Positions 30,172-39,974 of a DNA stretch of 64,000 nucleotides are shown one piece after another. The position numbers were made by a program, and so were the translations under genes. Numbering within the stretch: the stretch's first letter is position 1; each line of letters begins with the position of its first letter. Below the pieces are notes generated by a model. It was given only the letters and a program-made list of their open reading frames with translations, made no database searches and was not told the DNA's origin. The stretch is from an uncultured Actinomycetota bacterium (lineage in GTDB: Bacteria; Actinomycetota; Actinomycetes; Propionibacteriales; Nocardioidaceae). Location of the stretch: NCBI GenBank assembly GCA_963723255.1, contig CAVRQA010000012.1, forward strand, positions 33,555 through 97,554. Reading direction: 5' to 3'.

Positions 30172-31143
30172 TCAGGGTCGAGCGACCAGGTAGTCGTAGC
30201 GGTGGTGCACCTCGTAGCCGCGAGCCTGGTAGAGCTCCAGGGCGGCGGCGTTGGCGACGACCACCTGGAGGTAGGTCGTCGTGGCGCCGAGCTCGGCCCC
30301 CCACTCCAGCAGGGAACGCAGCACCGCGGTGCCCAGCCCGGTCCCGCGGACCTCTTCCCGGGTCCACAGGGAGGAGACGCCCACCCAGTCGCCGTGGCAG
30401 GCGCCCCGCCCTCGAGCGAGCACGGCGCCGGCCTCGTCGCGCACGGTCGCGAAGGTGACCTCGCCGGCCTCCAGGACCCGCCGGGCGGGCTCGCCGTAGC
30501 GCGCTGCGCGCTCGTCGCTGGCCAGCCAACCCTCGTCGACCGTGACGGTGTGGTGCACCTCCACTCGCGGTGACGTGCCCAGTCGACGCAGCACACGGGG
30601 AACCGAGGCCAGCATCAGCACGGTGGCTTCGTAGGTCGACCAGCCGGCCGCGGAGAACGCCGCCGCCGGTGGCTCCTCGGGGTGGACGTGTGCTCGCGGG
30701 GGGAGCGAGCGGGCTGCGTACCAGTCGGCCACCTGTGCCACTGCGTCCGGGAGCGGCATCCCCGGGTCGCCGAGGGCGAGCACCGAGTTCCCCCTGGACG
30801 AGAAGCCCCCGGAGGCCCGCAGCACCCATGCGCCGAGCGGCTCGCTCTCGACCGGCTGCCAGCCCGGCAGCGCGCGCCGATCGGCCTCGTCCGCGTCGAG
30901 ACGGCGGTGGCGCGACGGCCGGGGTGGCACCGGCTTGCCCGAGACGATGTCGCCGGTGGCGATCTCGACCAGGTCGCCCTGCTCCCGTCGTACGACGACC
31001 ACGCCGTCGGCCCACGACTCGCAGACACCGAGCACGTCGGTCATCGCCGGGCCCCCCGTCGGACCGGTCTCCCCGCGCACGAGTCGTCGTACGACGACCC
31101 GCTGACCGACGACGCCGGGACCCAGCGCAGGGCGTGTCGCCAT
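30172..31143 (-). CDS. GNAT family N-acetyltransferase
   Basis: VGQRVVVRR N-terminal domain; GGFSSRGNSVL, RGTGLG, YLQVVVANAAALELY. Confidence 0.88.
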   Translation of the reverse strand: MATRPALGPGVVGQRVVVRRLVRGETGPTGGPAMTDVLGVCESWADGVVVVRREQGDLVEIATGDIVSGKPVPPRPSRHRRLDADEADRRALPGWQPVESEPLGAWVLRASGGFSSRGNSVLALGDPGMPLPDAVAQVADWYAARSLPPRAHVHPEEPPAAAFSAAGWSTYEATVLMLASVPRVLRRLGTSPRVEVHHTVTVDEGWLASDERAARYGEPARRVLEAGEVTFATVRDEAGAVLARGRGACHGDWVGVSSLWTREEVRGTGLGTAVLRSLLEWGAELGATTTYLQVVVANAAALELYQARGYEVHHRYDYLVARP

Positions 31144-31232
31144 GTCGACCCTCGGGCACGTGATCCGCTGCCACGGTGGGATACTAGGCTGATACCTAGT
31201 CCGCACCGGACCGAACCTGTAGGAGGACTCAG

Positions 31233-31556
31233 GTGACCTACGTCATCGCCCAGCCCTGCGTCGACCTGAAGGACCGCGCGTGCGTCGACGAGTGTCCGGT
31301 CGACTGCATCTACGAGGGCAAGCGGATGCTCTACATCCACCCCGACGAGTGTGTGGACTGCGGTGCGTGTGAGCCGGTGTGCCCGGTGGAGGCCATCTAC
31401 TACGAGGACGACACCCCGGAGCAGTGGAAGGAGTACTACGACGCGAACGTGCACTTCTTCGACGACCTGGGCTCTCCCGGTGGCGCTGCCAAGATGGGCG
31501 AGATCGACAAGGACCACCCGTTGATCGAGGCGCTTCCGCCGCAGCCGCAGGACTGA
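31233..31556 (+). CDS. fdxA: Ferredoxin (7Fe-type)
   Basis: MTYVIAQPCVDLKDRACVDECPVDCIYEG...CVDCGACEPVCPVEAI. Confidence 0.96.
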   Translation: MTYVIAQPCVDLKDRACVDECPVDCIYEGKRMLYIHPDECVDCGACEPVCPVEAIYYEDDTPEQWKEYYDANVHFFDDLGSPGGAAKMGEIDKDHPLIEALPPQPQD

Positions 31557-32668
31557 CGACGCGAGTCTCCACCCGTCTCCCGGACTTCCCCTGGGACCAG
31601 CTCACGCCGTACGCCGAGAAGGCACGCGCCCACCCGGACGGGATCGTCGACCTGTCGATCGGAACACCCGTCGACCCCACTCCGGAGGTCGTCCAGCAGG
31701 CGCTGCGTGAGGCCACGGACGCCCCCGGCTACCCGGTCACGATCGGTCTGCCGGAGACCCGCCAGGCGTGCATCGACTGGCTCGCCCGCCGGTTCGGGGT
31801 CACCGGGCTCGGGCTCGACGGCGTGCTCCCGACCATCGGGTCCAAGGAGCTGATCGCCGGGTTGCCGACCCTGCTCGGCCTCGGCCCCCGCGATCTCGTC
31901 CTCCAGCCCGAGCTGGCCTACCCGACCTACGAGGTCGGGGCGGCGCTGGTGGGGGCGGAGATCGTCGCCACCGACTCGCTGACCGCGATCGGCCCGCGCA
32001 ACCCCGCTCTGGTCTGGGTGAACTCACCCTCCAACCCGACCGGCCGGGTGCTGCCGCCCGACCACCTGCGCAAGGTGGTGTCCTGGTGCCGGGAGCGCGG
32101 CGCCCTGCTCGTGTCGGACGAGTGCTACCTCGAGTGCGCCTGGGAGTCCGACCCGGCCGCGAGGCCGGTCTCGGTGCTGCACCCCGAGATCAACGGTGGC
32201 TCCCTCGACGGGATCCTCGCGGTGCACTCTCTCTCCAAGCGCTCCAACCTCGCCGGCTACCGCTGCGCGTTCGTCGCGGGCGACCCGGCCGTGGTCGGCG
32301 AGCTGCTCGCCGTACGCAAGAACCTCGGTCTGATGATGCCCGGTCCGCAGCAGCGCGCCATGGTCGCGGCGCTCGACGACGACGCCCACGTCGAGGAGCA
32401 GCACGCGCGCTACGCGGCGCGACGCACGACCCTGCGGGCGGCGCTCGAGGCGGCCGGGTTCCGGATCGACCACTCCGAGGCCTCGCTCTACCTCTGGGCC
32501 AGCCGTGACGAGTCGTGCTGGGACACCGTTGCCTGGCTGGCCGAGCGGGGGATCCTGGTCGCGCCGGGCTCCTTCTACGGCCGCGCGGGCGAGCGGCACG
32601 TCCGGGTCGCGTTCACCGCCACCGACGAGCGGGTCGGGGCCGCGGCCAGCCGCCTGGCCTGGACCTGA
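31553..32668 (+). CDS. dapC: N-succinyldiaminopimelate aminotransferase (start uncertain)
   Basis: RLPDFPWD, DLSIGTPVDP, NSPSNPTG, SDECY, SLSKRSNLAGYR; directly downstream of fdxA. Confidence 0.92.
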   Translation: MTTRVSTRLPDFPWDQLTPYAEKARAHPDGIVDLSIGTPVDPTPEVVQQALREATDAPGYPVTIGLPETRQACIDWLARRFGVTGLGLDGVLPTIGSKELIAGLPTLLGLGPRDLVLQPELAYPTYEVGAALVGAEIVATDSLTAIGPRNPALVWVNSPSNPTGRVLPPDHLRKVVSWCRERGALLVSDECYLECAWESDPAARPVSVLHPEINGGSLDGILAVHSLSKRSNLAGYRCAFVAGDPAVVGELLAVRKNLGLMMPGPQQRAMVAALDDDAHVEEQHARYAARRTTLRAALEAAGFRIDHSEASLYLWASRDESCWDTVAWLAERGILVAPGSFYGRAGERHVRVAFTATDERVGAAASRLAWT

Positions 32669-32678
32669 CGTCGACGGG

Positions 32679-33521
32679 TCAGCCCATCGAGATGGCGACC
32701 TCGGTGTCGTCCGCTTGGCCGCCGTCGCGCCAGCCGTCCTCGGAATCCCGGCCGACGTGCCACTGCTTGCCGGCGTGGGCGACGCGCTCCGGGTGCAGGC
32801 GCACCCCGTGGGCGAGCACGAACTGTGACACCGACCAGCCGAGACGACGGCCCGCTTCGCTGTCGGGCAGGGTGAGGGAGACGTCCTGGCGCGAACCCGT
32901 GCGCTCGATGTCGAGCGGACCGAACGCCTTCTGCACCTGCCGGATCACCCGGTCGCCGCTGCCGCGGGTCGAGGGCTCGTGCACCACACAGGTGAACAGG
33001 CCGCCCGGGCTGTAGCCGGTCAGCACCGACGCCAGTGCCCGGGCGTCGATGGCGTGCTCCTCGTAGGCCTCGGGGTAGCCGGAGCGCTGGACCCGCTGGG
33101 CGGCCTCGGTGATCCGCATCGACTGGTAGTCGGGGACCTTCTCGAGGGCGTCGTAGAACGCGTTGATCGCGTAGTGGGGATTGCGCACCTGCTTCACCGT
33201 GCCCCAGCCCATGGATGGCCGCTGCTGGAACAGGCCCAGGGAGTCGCGGTCGCCGTGGTCGAGGTTGCGGATCTTGCTCTCCTGGTACGCCGTGGCCAGC
33301 GCGATCGAGACGGCGCGGGCCGGCAGCTCACGTTCGACGCCGATCGCGGCGATCAGCGTCGCGTTCTCCGACTGCTCGGTGTCGAGCTCGACCTGGTGGC
33401 CGTCCAGGGTGACCGAACAGCCCTCGCGATCGGGCAGCGGCCCGGACCCGCGCCAGGTCGCCACGCCGACCGCGACGATCACGGTGACGACGACGAAGAA
33501 GAGCAGGGTGCGGAACCTCAT
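32679..33521 (-). CDS. Membrane/secreted protein with a lysozyme-like QES...GLFQQ domain
   Basis: N-terminal TM; IALATAYQESKIRNL, DRDSLGLFQQRPSMGWG, AAQRVQRSGYPEAY. Confidence 0.75.
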   Translation of the reverse strand: MRFRTLLFFVVVTVIVAVGVATWRGSGPLPDREGCSVTLDGHQVELDTEQSENATLIAAIGVERELPARAVSIALATAYQESKIRNLDHGDRDSLGLFQQRPSMGWGTVKQVRNPHYAINAFYDALEKVPDYQSMRITEAAQRVQRSGYPEAYEEHAIDARALASVLTGYSPGGLFTCVVHEPSTRGSGDRVIRQVQKAFGPLDIERTGSRQDVSLTLPDSEAGRRLGWSVSQFVLAHGVRLHPERVAHAGKQWHVGRDSEDGWRDGGQADDTEVAISMG

Positions 33522-33536
33522 CGAGTGAACGCGTGG

Positions 33537-34502
33537 CTAGTTGCTGTGCAGGGCCGCGTTCAGGCTGATGCCCTCGCGGTCCCAGGGCTGAGCCTCGATG
33601 GTGCCGGTGACCGAGTTGCGCCGGAACAGCACGTTGTCGGCGCCGGAGAGCTCGGCAGCCTTGACCACCTTCGGCTTCGAGTCGATGTCCATGATGGTCA
33701 CCTTGGTGCCGGCGGTGACGTAGCAGCCCGCCTCGACGACGCAGTCGTTGCCCAGGGAGATGCCGATCCCGGCGTTCGCTCCGAGCAGGCAGCGCTCCCC
33801 GATGGAGATGATCTCCTTGCCGCCGCCGGACAGGGTGCCCATGATCGAGGCCCCGCCGCCGATGTCCGAGCCGTCACCGACGACGACCCCGGCGCTGATC
33901 CGCCCCTCGACCATGGACGCACCGAGCGTGCCCGCGTTGTAGTTCACGAAGCCCTCGTGCATCACCGTGGTGCCCTCGGCGAGGTGGGCGCCGAGGCGCA
34001 CCCGGTCCGCGTCGGCGATGCGTACGCCGGTGGGCAGCACGTAGTCGGTCATCCGGGGGAACTTGTCGACCCCGAAGACCTGGACGGGGCCGTCGGCGCG
34101 GAGCGCGAGCCGGACCTCCTCGAAGTCGGTGACCGCGCAGGGGCCGTGGCTGGTCCACACGACGTTGGCGAGGGTGCCGAAGATCCCGTCCACGTTCACG
34201 TCGTGCGGCCGGACCAGCCGGTGACTCAGCAGGTGCAGCCGCAGGTAGGCGTCGCTGGCGTCCGCCGGGGGCTCGGAGAGCTCGATCGAGACCGTGACGA
34301 CGTCGGTGTGCACCCGGCGTTCGGGGTACTTCCGCGCCAACGTCGTCAGCGACTCCGGGGCCGGCTCGCCGGTGGCGTCACCGAGCTGCGGGGCCGGGAA
34401 CCAGGTGTCCAGGACGGTCCCGTCGTCGGCGATAGTCGCGAGTCCGTGGCCCCACGCTGTCTGGTTTTGGGGCAGGGTTGAGTCAGGGGTCTGCTCGGAC
34501 AT
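33537..34502 (-). CDS. dapD: Tetrahydrodipicolinate N-succinyltransferase
   Basis: [44 protein letters not shown], hexapeptide repeats, LNAALH. Confidence 0.96.
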   Translation of the reverse strand: MSEQTPDSTLPQNQTAWGHGLATIADDGTVLDTWFPAPQLGDATGEPAPESLTTLARKYPERRVHTDVVTVSIELSEPPADASDAYLRLHLLSHRLVRPHDVNVDGIFGTLANVVWTSHGPCAVTDFEEVRLALRADGPVQVFGVDKFPRMTDYVLPTGVRIADADRVRLGAHLAEGTTVMHEGFVNYNAGTLGASMVEGRISAGVVVGDGSDIGGGASIMGTLSGGGKEIISIGERCLLGANAGIGISLGNDCVVEAGCYVTAGTKVTIMDIDSKPKVVKAAELSGADNVLFRRNSVTGTIEAQPWDREGISLNAALHSN

Positions 34503-34555
34503 GCCTGTCAGGCTACCGGGGCGGGGACAGGCCGGGTTCAGGGGAGGACTGAGGT

Positions 34556-35235
34556 GTGACGAGGTTCAAAGAGCTGTGCATGGACACGGCGGAGGACGGC
34601 ACCAGGCTGGGCAGGTTCTGGGCGGCCGCGACGGGGTGCTCGTTCGCCGAGCCCAGTGCCGGCGACGCTGCAGACCCCGGCGACGTCGTCGGCGAGGTCG
34701 AGGGCATGGGCATCGCGATGTGCCGGGTGCCGGAGCGGAAGACCGTCAAGCACCGGGTGCACATCGACCTGCACACCGACTCAGTGGACACCCTGCTCGA
34801 CCTGGGCGCCACCCGGGCGCCCGGGTGGGACGCGGACGACCCCTGGACGGTGCTGCTCGACCCTGAGGGCGGCGAGTTCTGCGCCTTCGTGCGTGACAGG
34901 GTCCCGGCGTACAGGCTCTACGAGCTCGTCATCGACTCCTTCGACCCGGAGCGGATCGCCCGGTGGTGGGGACAGGTGTTCGGCGTCCAGCCCACCAACG
35001 ACGGACGCGACTTCTGGTGGCTGGAAGGCGTGCCGGGGATGCCGTTCGAGGCGATGGTCTTCGGGTCCGTCCCGGAGCCCAAGACGGTCAAGAACCGGAT
35101 CCACTGGGACGTCTACGGCGACGTCGACGAGCTGAGGCAGCACGGTGGGGCGCTGCTCGCCGTACAGCCGCGCTGGACGGTGCTCGCGGACCCCGAGGGC
35201 AACGAGTTCTGCGTGTTCGCCCCCTCGGTGGTTGA
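34556..35235 (+). CDS. Two-domain VOC/glyoxalase family protein (3' end uncertain; reads through into coxS as assembled)
   Basis: Two repeats of KTVK(H/N)R(V/I)H..D and WTVL.DPEG.EFC. Confidence 0.85.
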
Positions 35236-35315
35236 GGAGCGAGCGCCAGCGAGCGTCTCGAAACCACCTGATCCGTGGTTTCGAGACGGTTGCTGCGCAA
35301 CCTCCTCAACCACCG
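35226..35315. repeat. REP/BIME-like nested palindromic element
   Basis: Outer IR CGGTGGTTGAGGAG / CTCCTCAACCACCG; inner IR CGTCTCGAAACCAC / GTGGTTTCGAGACG. Confidence 0.8.
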
Positions 35316-35352
35316 GGAGACGGCCAACCTTTGGCCAACCGGCTCGGCCTAG

Positions 35353-35368
35353 CGTGAGCGGCATCACA
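35353..35368. promoter_or_regulatory. CRP/GlxR-like site upstream of coxS
   Basis: CGTGA-gcggca-TCACA, 9/10 match to TGTGA-N6-TCACA. Confidence 0.5.
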
Positions 35369-35395
35369 CCCGTTGGCAGGGCAAGGAGTGCACCC

Positions 35396-35863
35396 ATGGC
35401 CAGGATCGAACTCACCGTCGACGGATACGAGGTGTCCGACGACGTCGAACCGCGGATGCTGCTCGTCCAGTATCTCCGCGAGAAGCTCGGCAAGACCGGC
35501 ACCGTGATCGGCTGCGACACCAGCAACTGCGGCGCCTGCACGGTGCACCTCGACGGGCGCAGCGTGAAGTCCTGCAACGTCCTGGCCGTCCAGGCCGACG
35601 GACGCGAGGTCACCACGATCGAGGGGCTCGCCACCAACGGCACCATGCACGCGGTGCAGGAGGCATTCAGGGAGTGTCACGGCCTCCAGTGCGGGTTCTG
35701 CACCCCGGGGATGATCATGCAGTCCGTCGACCTGCTCAACGACAACCCGAGTCCCTCCGAGGAGGAGATCCGGGTCGGCCTCGAGGGCAACCTGTGCCGC
35801 TGCACGGGCTACCACAACATCGTGCGCGCCGTTCAGGCCGCTGCAGGAGGGGACCCCGCATGA
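35396..35863 (+). CDS. coxS: CoxS-like 2Fe-2S subunit
   Basis: AAGGAG SD; [30 protein letters not shown]. Confidence 0.9.
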   Translation: MARIELTVDGYEVSDDVEPRMLLVQYLREKLGKTGTVIGCDTSNCGACTVHLDGRSVKSCNVLAVQADGREVTTIEGLATNGTMHAVQEAFRECHGLQCGFCTPGMIMQSVDLLNDNPSPSEEEIRVGLEGNLCRCTGYHNIVRAVQAAAGGDPA

Positions 35864-38340
35864 CCGCGACGCAGGACGCACAGGCCGCGAACGAGATCGG
35901 CCGCGACCGCCGGCGCAAGGAGGACCAGCGCCTGATCACCGGGCGAACCCGGTGGACCGACAACCTGCAGCTGCCCGGGATGCTGCACATGGCCATGGTG
36001 CGCAGCCCGTTCGCGCACGCCACCATCACCAGCATCGACACCGCCGCAGCCAAGCAGGCGACCAATGTGGTCACCGTGTTCACGGGGCGTGACGTCGCCG
36101 ACGAGCAGGGCAGCCTGCCGACCGCGTGGGCGATCACCACCGACCAGAAGACGCCGCCACACCCGCCGATCGCGGTCGACCGGGTGGCGTTCGCCGGCGA
36201 GGTCGTGGCGGTCGTCGTGGCGCGCAGCGCAGCGGAGGCCCGCGACGCAGCTGAGCAGGTGGAGGTCGACTACGAGGAGCTCCCGGCCGCGCTCGAGCTC
36301 AAGGAAGCGGCGACCGACAGCGTCCTGGCCCACCCCGACCTCGGGACCAACAAGTCGGCGTTCTGGCAGTTCGACTCGGCCGGGGCCGGCACCGGCGGCT
36401 CGGTGGACGAGGCGATCGAGACGGCGCGTGGGGACGGCATCGTCATCGAGCGCGAGTACCGCCAGCAGCGCCTGATCCCCTCGTTCATGGAGCCCCGCTC
36501 CTTCGTCTGCGACCCGACCGGTGAGCAGCTCACGCTCTGGTCCTCGACGCAGATCCCGCACATCACCCGGTTCTTCATCGCGGCGGTGCTGGGTATCTCG
36601 GAGAGCAAGGTACGGGTCATCGCCCCGGACGTCGGCGGCGGCTTCGGAGGGAAGCTGCAGACGGTTGCGGAGGAGTTCATCACCATCCTCGCGGCCCGGC
36701 GCACCGGCAAGCCCTGCAAGTACACCGAGACCCGGTCCGAGTCGCTGATGTCGGCCCACCACGGTCGGGACCAGTGGCAGAACCTCACCCTGGCCGCAGA
36801 CAAGGACGGCATCGTCACGGCGCTCAAGGTCGACCTGTTGTGCGACCTGGGCGCGTACGCCGGAACGGTCGGCGGCGGCGTGCCGATCCTCGGCGCCTTC
36901 ATGTACAACGCGATCTACAAGTTCCCCGCCTACCAGTTCAACTGCACCAACATCTACACGAACAAGACGCTCACCGACGCCTACCGGGGTGCGGGGCGGC
37001 CCGAGGCGACGTACGCCATCGAGCGGCTGATGGACGAGCTCGCCGTCGAGCTGGGGGTCGACCCGCTGGAGGTCCGCGAGCGGAACTGGATCAAGCACGA
37101 GGAGTTCCCCTTCACGACGGTGGCCGGGCTCGAGTACGACTCCGGCAACTACGAGGCAGCCACGGCCAGGGCCCGGGAGATGTTCGGGTACGACGACCTG
37201 CGGGCCGAGCAGCAGCAGCGCCGGGAGTCCGGCGATCCTGTCCAGCTCGGCATCGGCGTCTCGACGTTCACCGAGATGTGCGGACTCGCGCCGTCGCGGG
37301 TGCTGGGCCAGCTCAACTACGGCGCCGGTGGCTGGGAGCACGCGGAGGTCAGGATGCTCCCCACCGGGAAGGTCGAGGTCGTCACCGGTGTCTCGGCCCA
37401 TGGCCAGGGCCACGAGACGGCGTTCAGCCAGATCGTCGCCGACCGGCTCGGCGTCCCGTTCGAGGACGTCGAGGTGCTTCACGGCGACACCCAGGTGGCT
37501 GCCAAGGGCTACGACACCTACGGCTCGCGCTCGCTGGTCGTCGGCGGCGAGGCGCTGGTCCGGGCGGCGGACAAGGTGGTCGAGAAGGCCAAGCCGATCG
37601 CTGCGCACCTGCTCGAGGCGAACGTCGACGACATCGAGTTCAGCAAGGGGAGGCTGCAGGTGAGGGGCACCGACCAGGGCATGGGGATCGGGGAGATCGC
37701 CACCGCCGTGTTCGCCGCGCACAACCTGCCCGACGGGGTGGAGGCGACGCTGGACTCGGAGGCCACGTTCGACCCGGCCACGTTCAGCTTCCCGCACGGC
37801 ACGCACCTGTGCGCCATGGAGGTGGACACCGAGACAGGCGCGGTGCGGATGCGCAAGTACGTCGCGTGCGACGACATCGGCAACATCATCAACCCGCTGA
37901 TCGTCGGCGGACAGGTCCATGGCGGCCTGGTGCAGGGCATCTCCCAGGCGCTCTGGGAGGAGGCGGTGTACGACGACTCCGGCACGCTGGTGTCCGGCTC
38001 CTTCGTGGACTACCTGCTGCCGACCACGGCCGACACGGTCAGCTTCGACATCGACCACACCACCTCGCCGGCCACGAGCAACTCGCTGGGCACCAAGGGC
38101 GTGGGCGAGGCGGGCACGATCGCCTCGACGCCGGCCGTGGTCAACGCGATCGTCGACGCGGTCCGCCAGTTCGGGGTCAGCGACATCCAGATGCCGTGCA
38201 CCCCCGAGCGCGTCTGGAGGGCGATCCACGCCGGTGATGCCGGTGGCGCCGACCCGACGACAGGAGGTGCGGCCCCGCACTTCGACGAGTCCACCGGCCA
38301 GGAGGGCCAGACCGATCGCATGGACGGAGCAGGACAATGA
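35860..38340 (+). CDS. coxL: Form II CoxL-like molybdopterin large subunit (xanthine dehydrogenase family)
   Basis: DVGGGFGGK, active-site loop [26 protein letters not shown]. Confidence 0.88.
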   Translation: MTATQDAQAANEIGRDRRRKEDQRLITGRTRWTDNLQLPGMLHMAMVRSPFAHATITSIDTAAAKQATNVVTVFTGRDVADEQGSLPTAWAITTDQKTPPHPPIAVDRVAFAGEVVAVVVARSAAEARDAAEQVEVDYEELPAALELKEAATDSVLAHPDLGTNKSAFWQFDSAGAGTGGSVDEAIETARGDGIVIEREYRQQRLIPSFMEPRSFVCDPTGEQLTLWSSTQIPHITRFFIAAVLGISESKVRVIAPDVGGGFGGKLQTVAEEFITILAARRTGKPCKYTETRSESLMSAHHGRDQWQNLTLAADKDGIVTALKVDLLCDLGAYAGTVGGGVPILGAFMYNAIYKFPAYQFNCTNIYTNKTLTDAYRGAGRPEATYAIERLMDELAVELGVDPLEVRERNWIKHEEFPFTTVAGLEYDSGNYEAATARAREMFGYDDLRAEQQQRRESGDPVQLGIGVSTFTEMCGLAPSRVLGQLNYGAGGWEHAEVRMLPTGKVEVVTGVSAHGQGHETAFSQIVADRLGVPFEDVEVLHGDTQVAAKGYDTYGSRSLVVGGEALVRAADKVVEKAKPIAAHLLEANVDDIEFSKGRLQVRGTDQGMGIGEIATAVFAAHNLPDGVEATLDSEATFDPATFSFPHGTHLCAMEVDTETGAVRMRKYVACDDIGNIINPLIVGGQVHGGLVQGISQALWEEAVYDDSGTLVSGSFVDYLLPTTADTVSFDIDHTTSPATSNSLGTKGVGEAGTIASTPAVVNAIVDAVRQFGVSDIQMPCTPERVWRAIHAGDAGGADPTTGGAAPHFDESTGQEGQTDRMDGAGQ

Positions 38341-39188
38341 TTCCCGCCAAGTTCGACTACCTCGCCCCCACCTCCGTGGAGGAGGCGCTCTCGGCCCTGG
38401 CCGGGAGCGACGACGCCAAGGTCATCGCCGGTGGCCAGTCGCTGCTGCCTGTGCTGCGGATGCGGCTCAACGCGCCGGAGCTGCTCGTGGACCTCGGCAA
38501 GATCGACACGCTGCAGGACATCGTCGACGAGGGCGACAGCGTCCTGATCGGCTCGATGGTGCCCTACTACCGGATTCTGGCCGACCCGTCGGTGCAGACC
38601 GGTGTGGGACTGCTGCACAAGGCGATCACGGAGGTCGCCGACCCCCAGATCCGGCACCGGGGCACCCTCGGTGGCTCCCTCGTCCACGCCGACCCGGCCG
38701 GTGACTGCGGGGCGCCCATCCTGGCGCTCGACTCCGAGCTGGTGATCGCCGGCCAGGGCGGCGAGCGCACGGTGGCGGCGGCCGACTTCTTCGAGGACCT
38801 GTTCACCACCGTCGTCGGTGAGGACGAGCTGCTCACCCACATCCGCGTACCGAAGCACGACGGGTGGGGGTCGCACTACGAGAAGTTCGTGCGGATCGCC
38901 CACCAGTGGCCGATCGTGGCCGTCGCGGCCACGGTGAAGACCGATGGCGGCACGATCAGCGAGGCCCGGATCGGCCTGGTCAACATGGGCTCCACGCCCC
39001 TGCGAGCCACGGCCACCGAGCAGGCCCTCGTCGGCAGGGAGGCCACCGCTGACGGCGTCCGCGAGGCCTGCGACCAGGCAGCCGAGGGCACCAACCCGCC
39101 CTCGGACCTCAACGGCGACGCCGACTACCGCAAGCACCTCGCCACGGTGCTGACCCGACGGGCGGTCCTCGCCGCCGCAGGGGGCTGA
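38337..39188 (+). CDS. coxM: CoxM-like FAD subunit
   Basis: [34 protein letters not shown]. Confidence 0.9.
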   Translation: MIPAKFDYLAPTSVEEALSALAGSDDAKVIAGGQSLLPVLRMRLNAPELLVDLGKIDTLQDIVDEGDSVLIGSMVPYYRILADPSVQTGVGLLHKAITEVADPQIRHRGTLGGSLVHADPAGDCGAPILALDSELVIAGQGGERTVAAADFFEDLFTTVVGEDELLTHIRVPKHDGWGSHYEKFVRIAHQWPIVAVAATVKTDGGTISEARIGLVNMGSTPLRATATEQALVGREATADGVREACDQAAEGTNPPSDLNGDADYRKHLATVLTRRAVLAAAGG

Positions 39189-39192
39189 TCCC

Positions 39193-39915
39193 TTGGAGCT
39201 CAGGCACGAGTTCACCGTTCCGGCCGACGTCGAGGAGACCTGGGCCGCGTTCAACGACATCGAGTCCGTCGCCGCCTGCTTCCCCGGCGCCACGGTCACC
39301 TCGGTGGAGGGCGACACGTTCCAGGGCTCCTGCAAGGTGAAGCTCGGGCCGATCGCGCTCGTCTACAACGGCTCGGGCACCTTCGTGGAGAAGGACGAGA
39401 CCGCCCGGCGGATGGTGATCGACGCGAAGGGCAAGGACAAGCGTGGCAACGGCACCGCCGGCGCTCACGTCACCGCCACGCTGACCGAGGAGGCCACCGG
39501 CACGAGGGTCGAGGTCCTCACCGAGCTGGCCATCACCGGCAAGCCCGCGCAGTTCGGCCGTGGGGTGATGCAGGACGTGAGCGACAAGCTGCTCGGCCAG
39601 TTCACCGACTGCCTCGAGCAGAAGGTGGGAGCCAGCGCAGCGACCGCTGACGCACCGGCGGCGGAACCGGCAGCGGAACCGGCGGCCGCCCCGGCGGCGT
39701 CCGGCCAGGAGGAGACGACCCGGCCTGTGGCGAGCGACAGCCAGGGTCAGGCGTCGACGCTCGCCTCGTCCGACGGGGGGCGTCCCACCCAGCAGGACGA
39801 CGCGCTCGACCTGGGCGCGACGGTTCTCCCGGTGCTGCTGAAGAGCTACTGGCGCCAGGCGCTCGCCGTCCTCGTCGTGCTCGTCGTGCTGCGGCGGCTG
39901 TTGCGCCGCGGCTGA
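39193..39915 (+). CDS. coxG: CoxG/SRPBCC protein with C-terminal membrane anchor
   Basis: FTVPA..EETW, CFPGA, KVKLGPI, GKPAQFGRG; hydrophobic C-terminus. Confidence 0.88.
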   Translation: MELRHEFTVPADVEETWAAFNDIESVAACFPGATVTSVEGDTFQGSCKVKLGPIALVYNGSGTFVEKDETARRMVIDAKGKDKRGNGTAGAHVTATLTEEATGTRVEVLTELAITGKPAQFGRGVMQDVSDKLLGQFTDCLEQKVGASAATADAPAAEPAAEPAAAPAASGQEETTRPVASDSQGQASTLASSDGGRPTQQDDALDLGATVLPVLLKSYWRQALAVLVVLVVLRRLLRRG

Positions 39916-39930
39916 TCCGACCGGACCCCG

Positions 39931-39955
39931 GCCCGCGGCAGGTTGCACCGCGGGC
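39931..39955. terminator. Hairpin between the convergent cox and ABC operons
   Basis: GCCCGCGG-N9-CCGCGGGC, flanked by GACCGG/CCGGTC. Confidence 0.5.
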
Positions 39956-39974
39956 AGAGGGCCCGGTCACGTCC

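Noticed and set aside
34556-35863. Single 435-aa VOC-CoxS fusion protein
   Set aside because: The linker is a translated palindromic repeat plus promoter DNA; coxS has its own SD and ATG; a 1-nt homopolymer error explains it.
35396-39915. Bona fide aerobic CO dehydrogenase (form I)
   Set aside because: The active-site loop is AYRGAGR, not AYXCSFR; gene order is SLM; no coxDEF.
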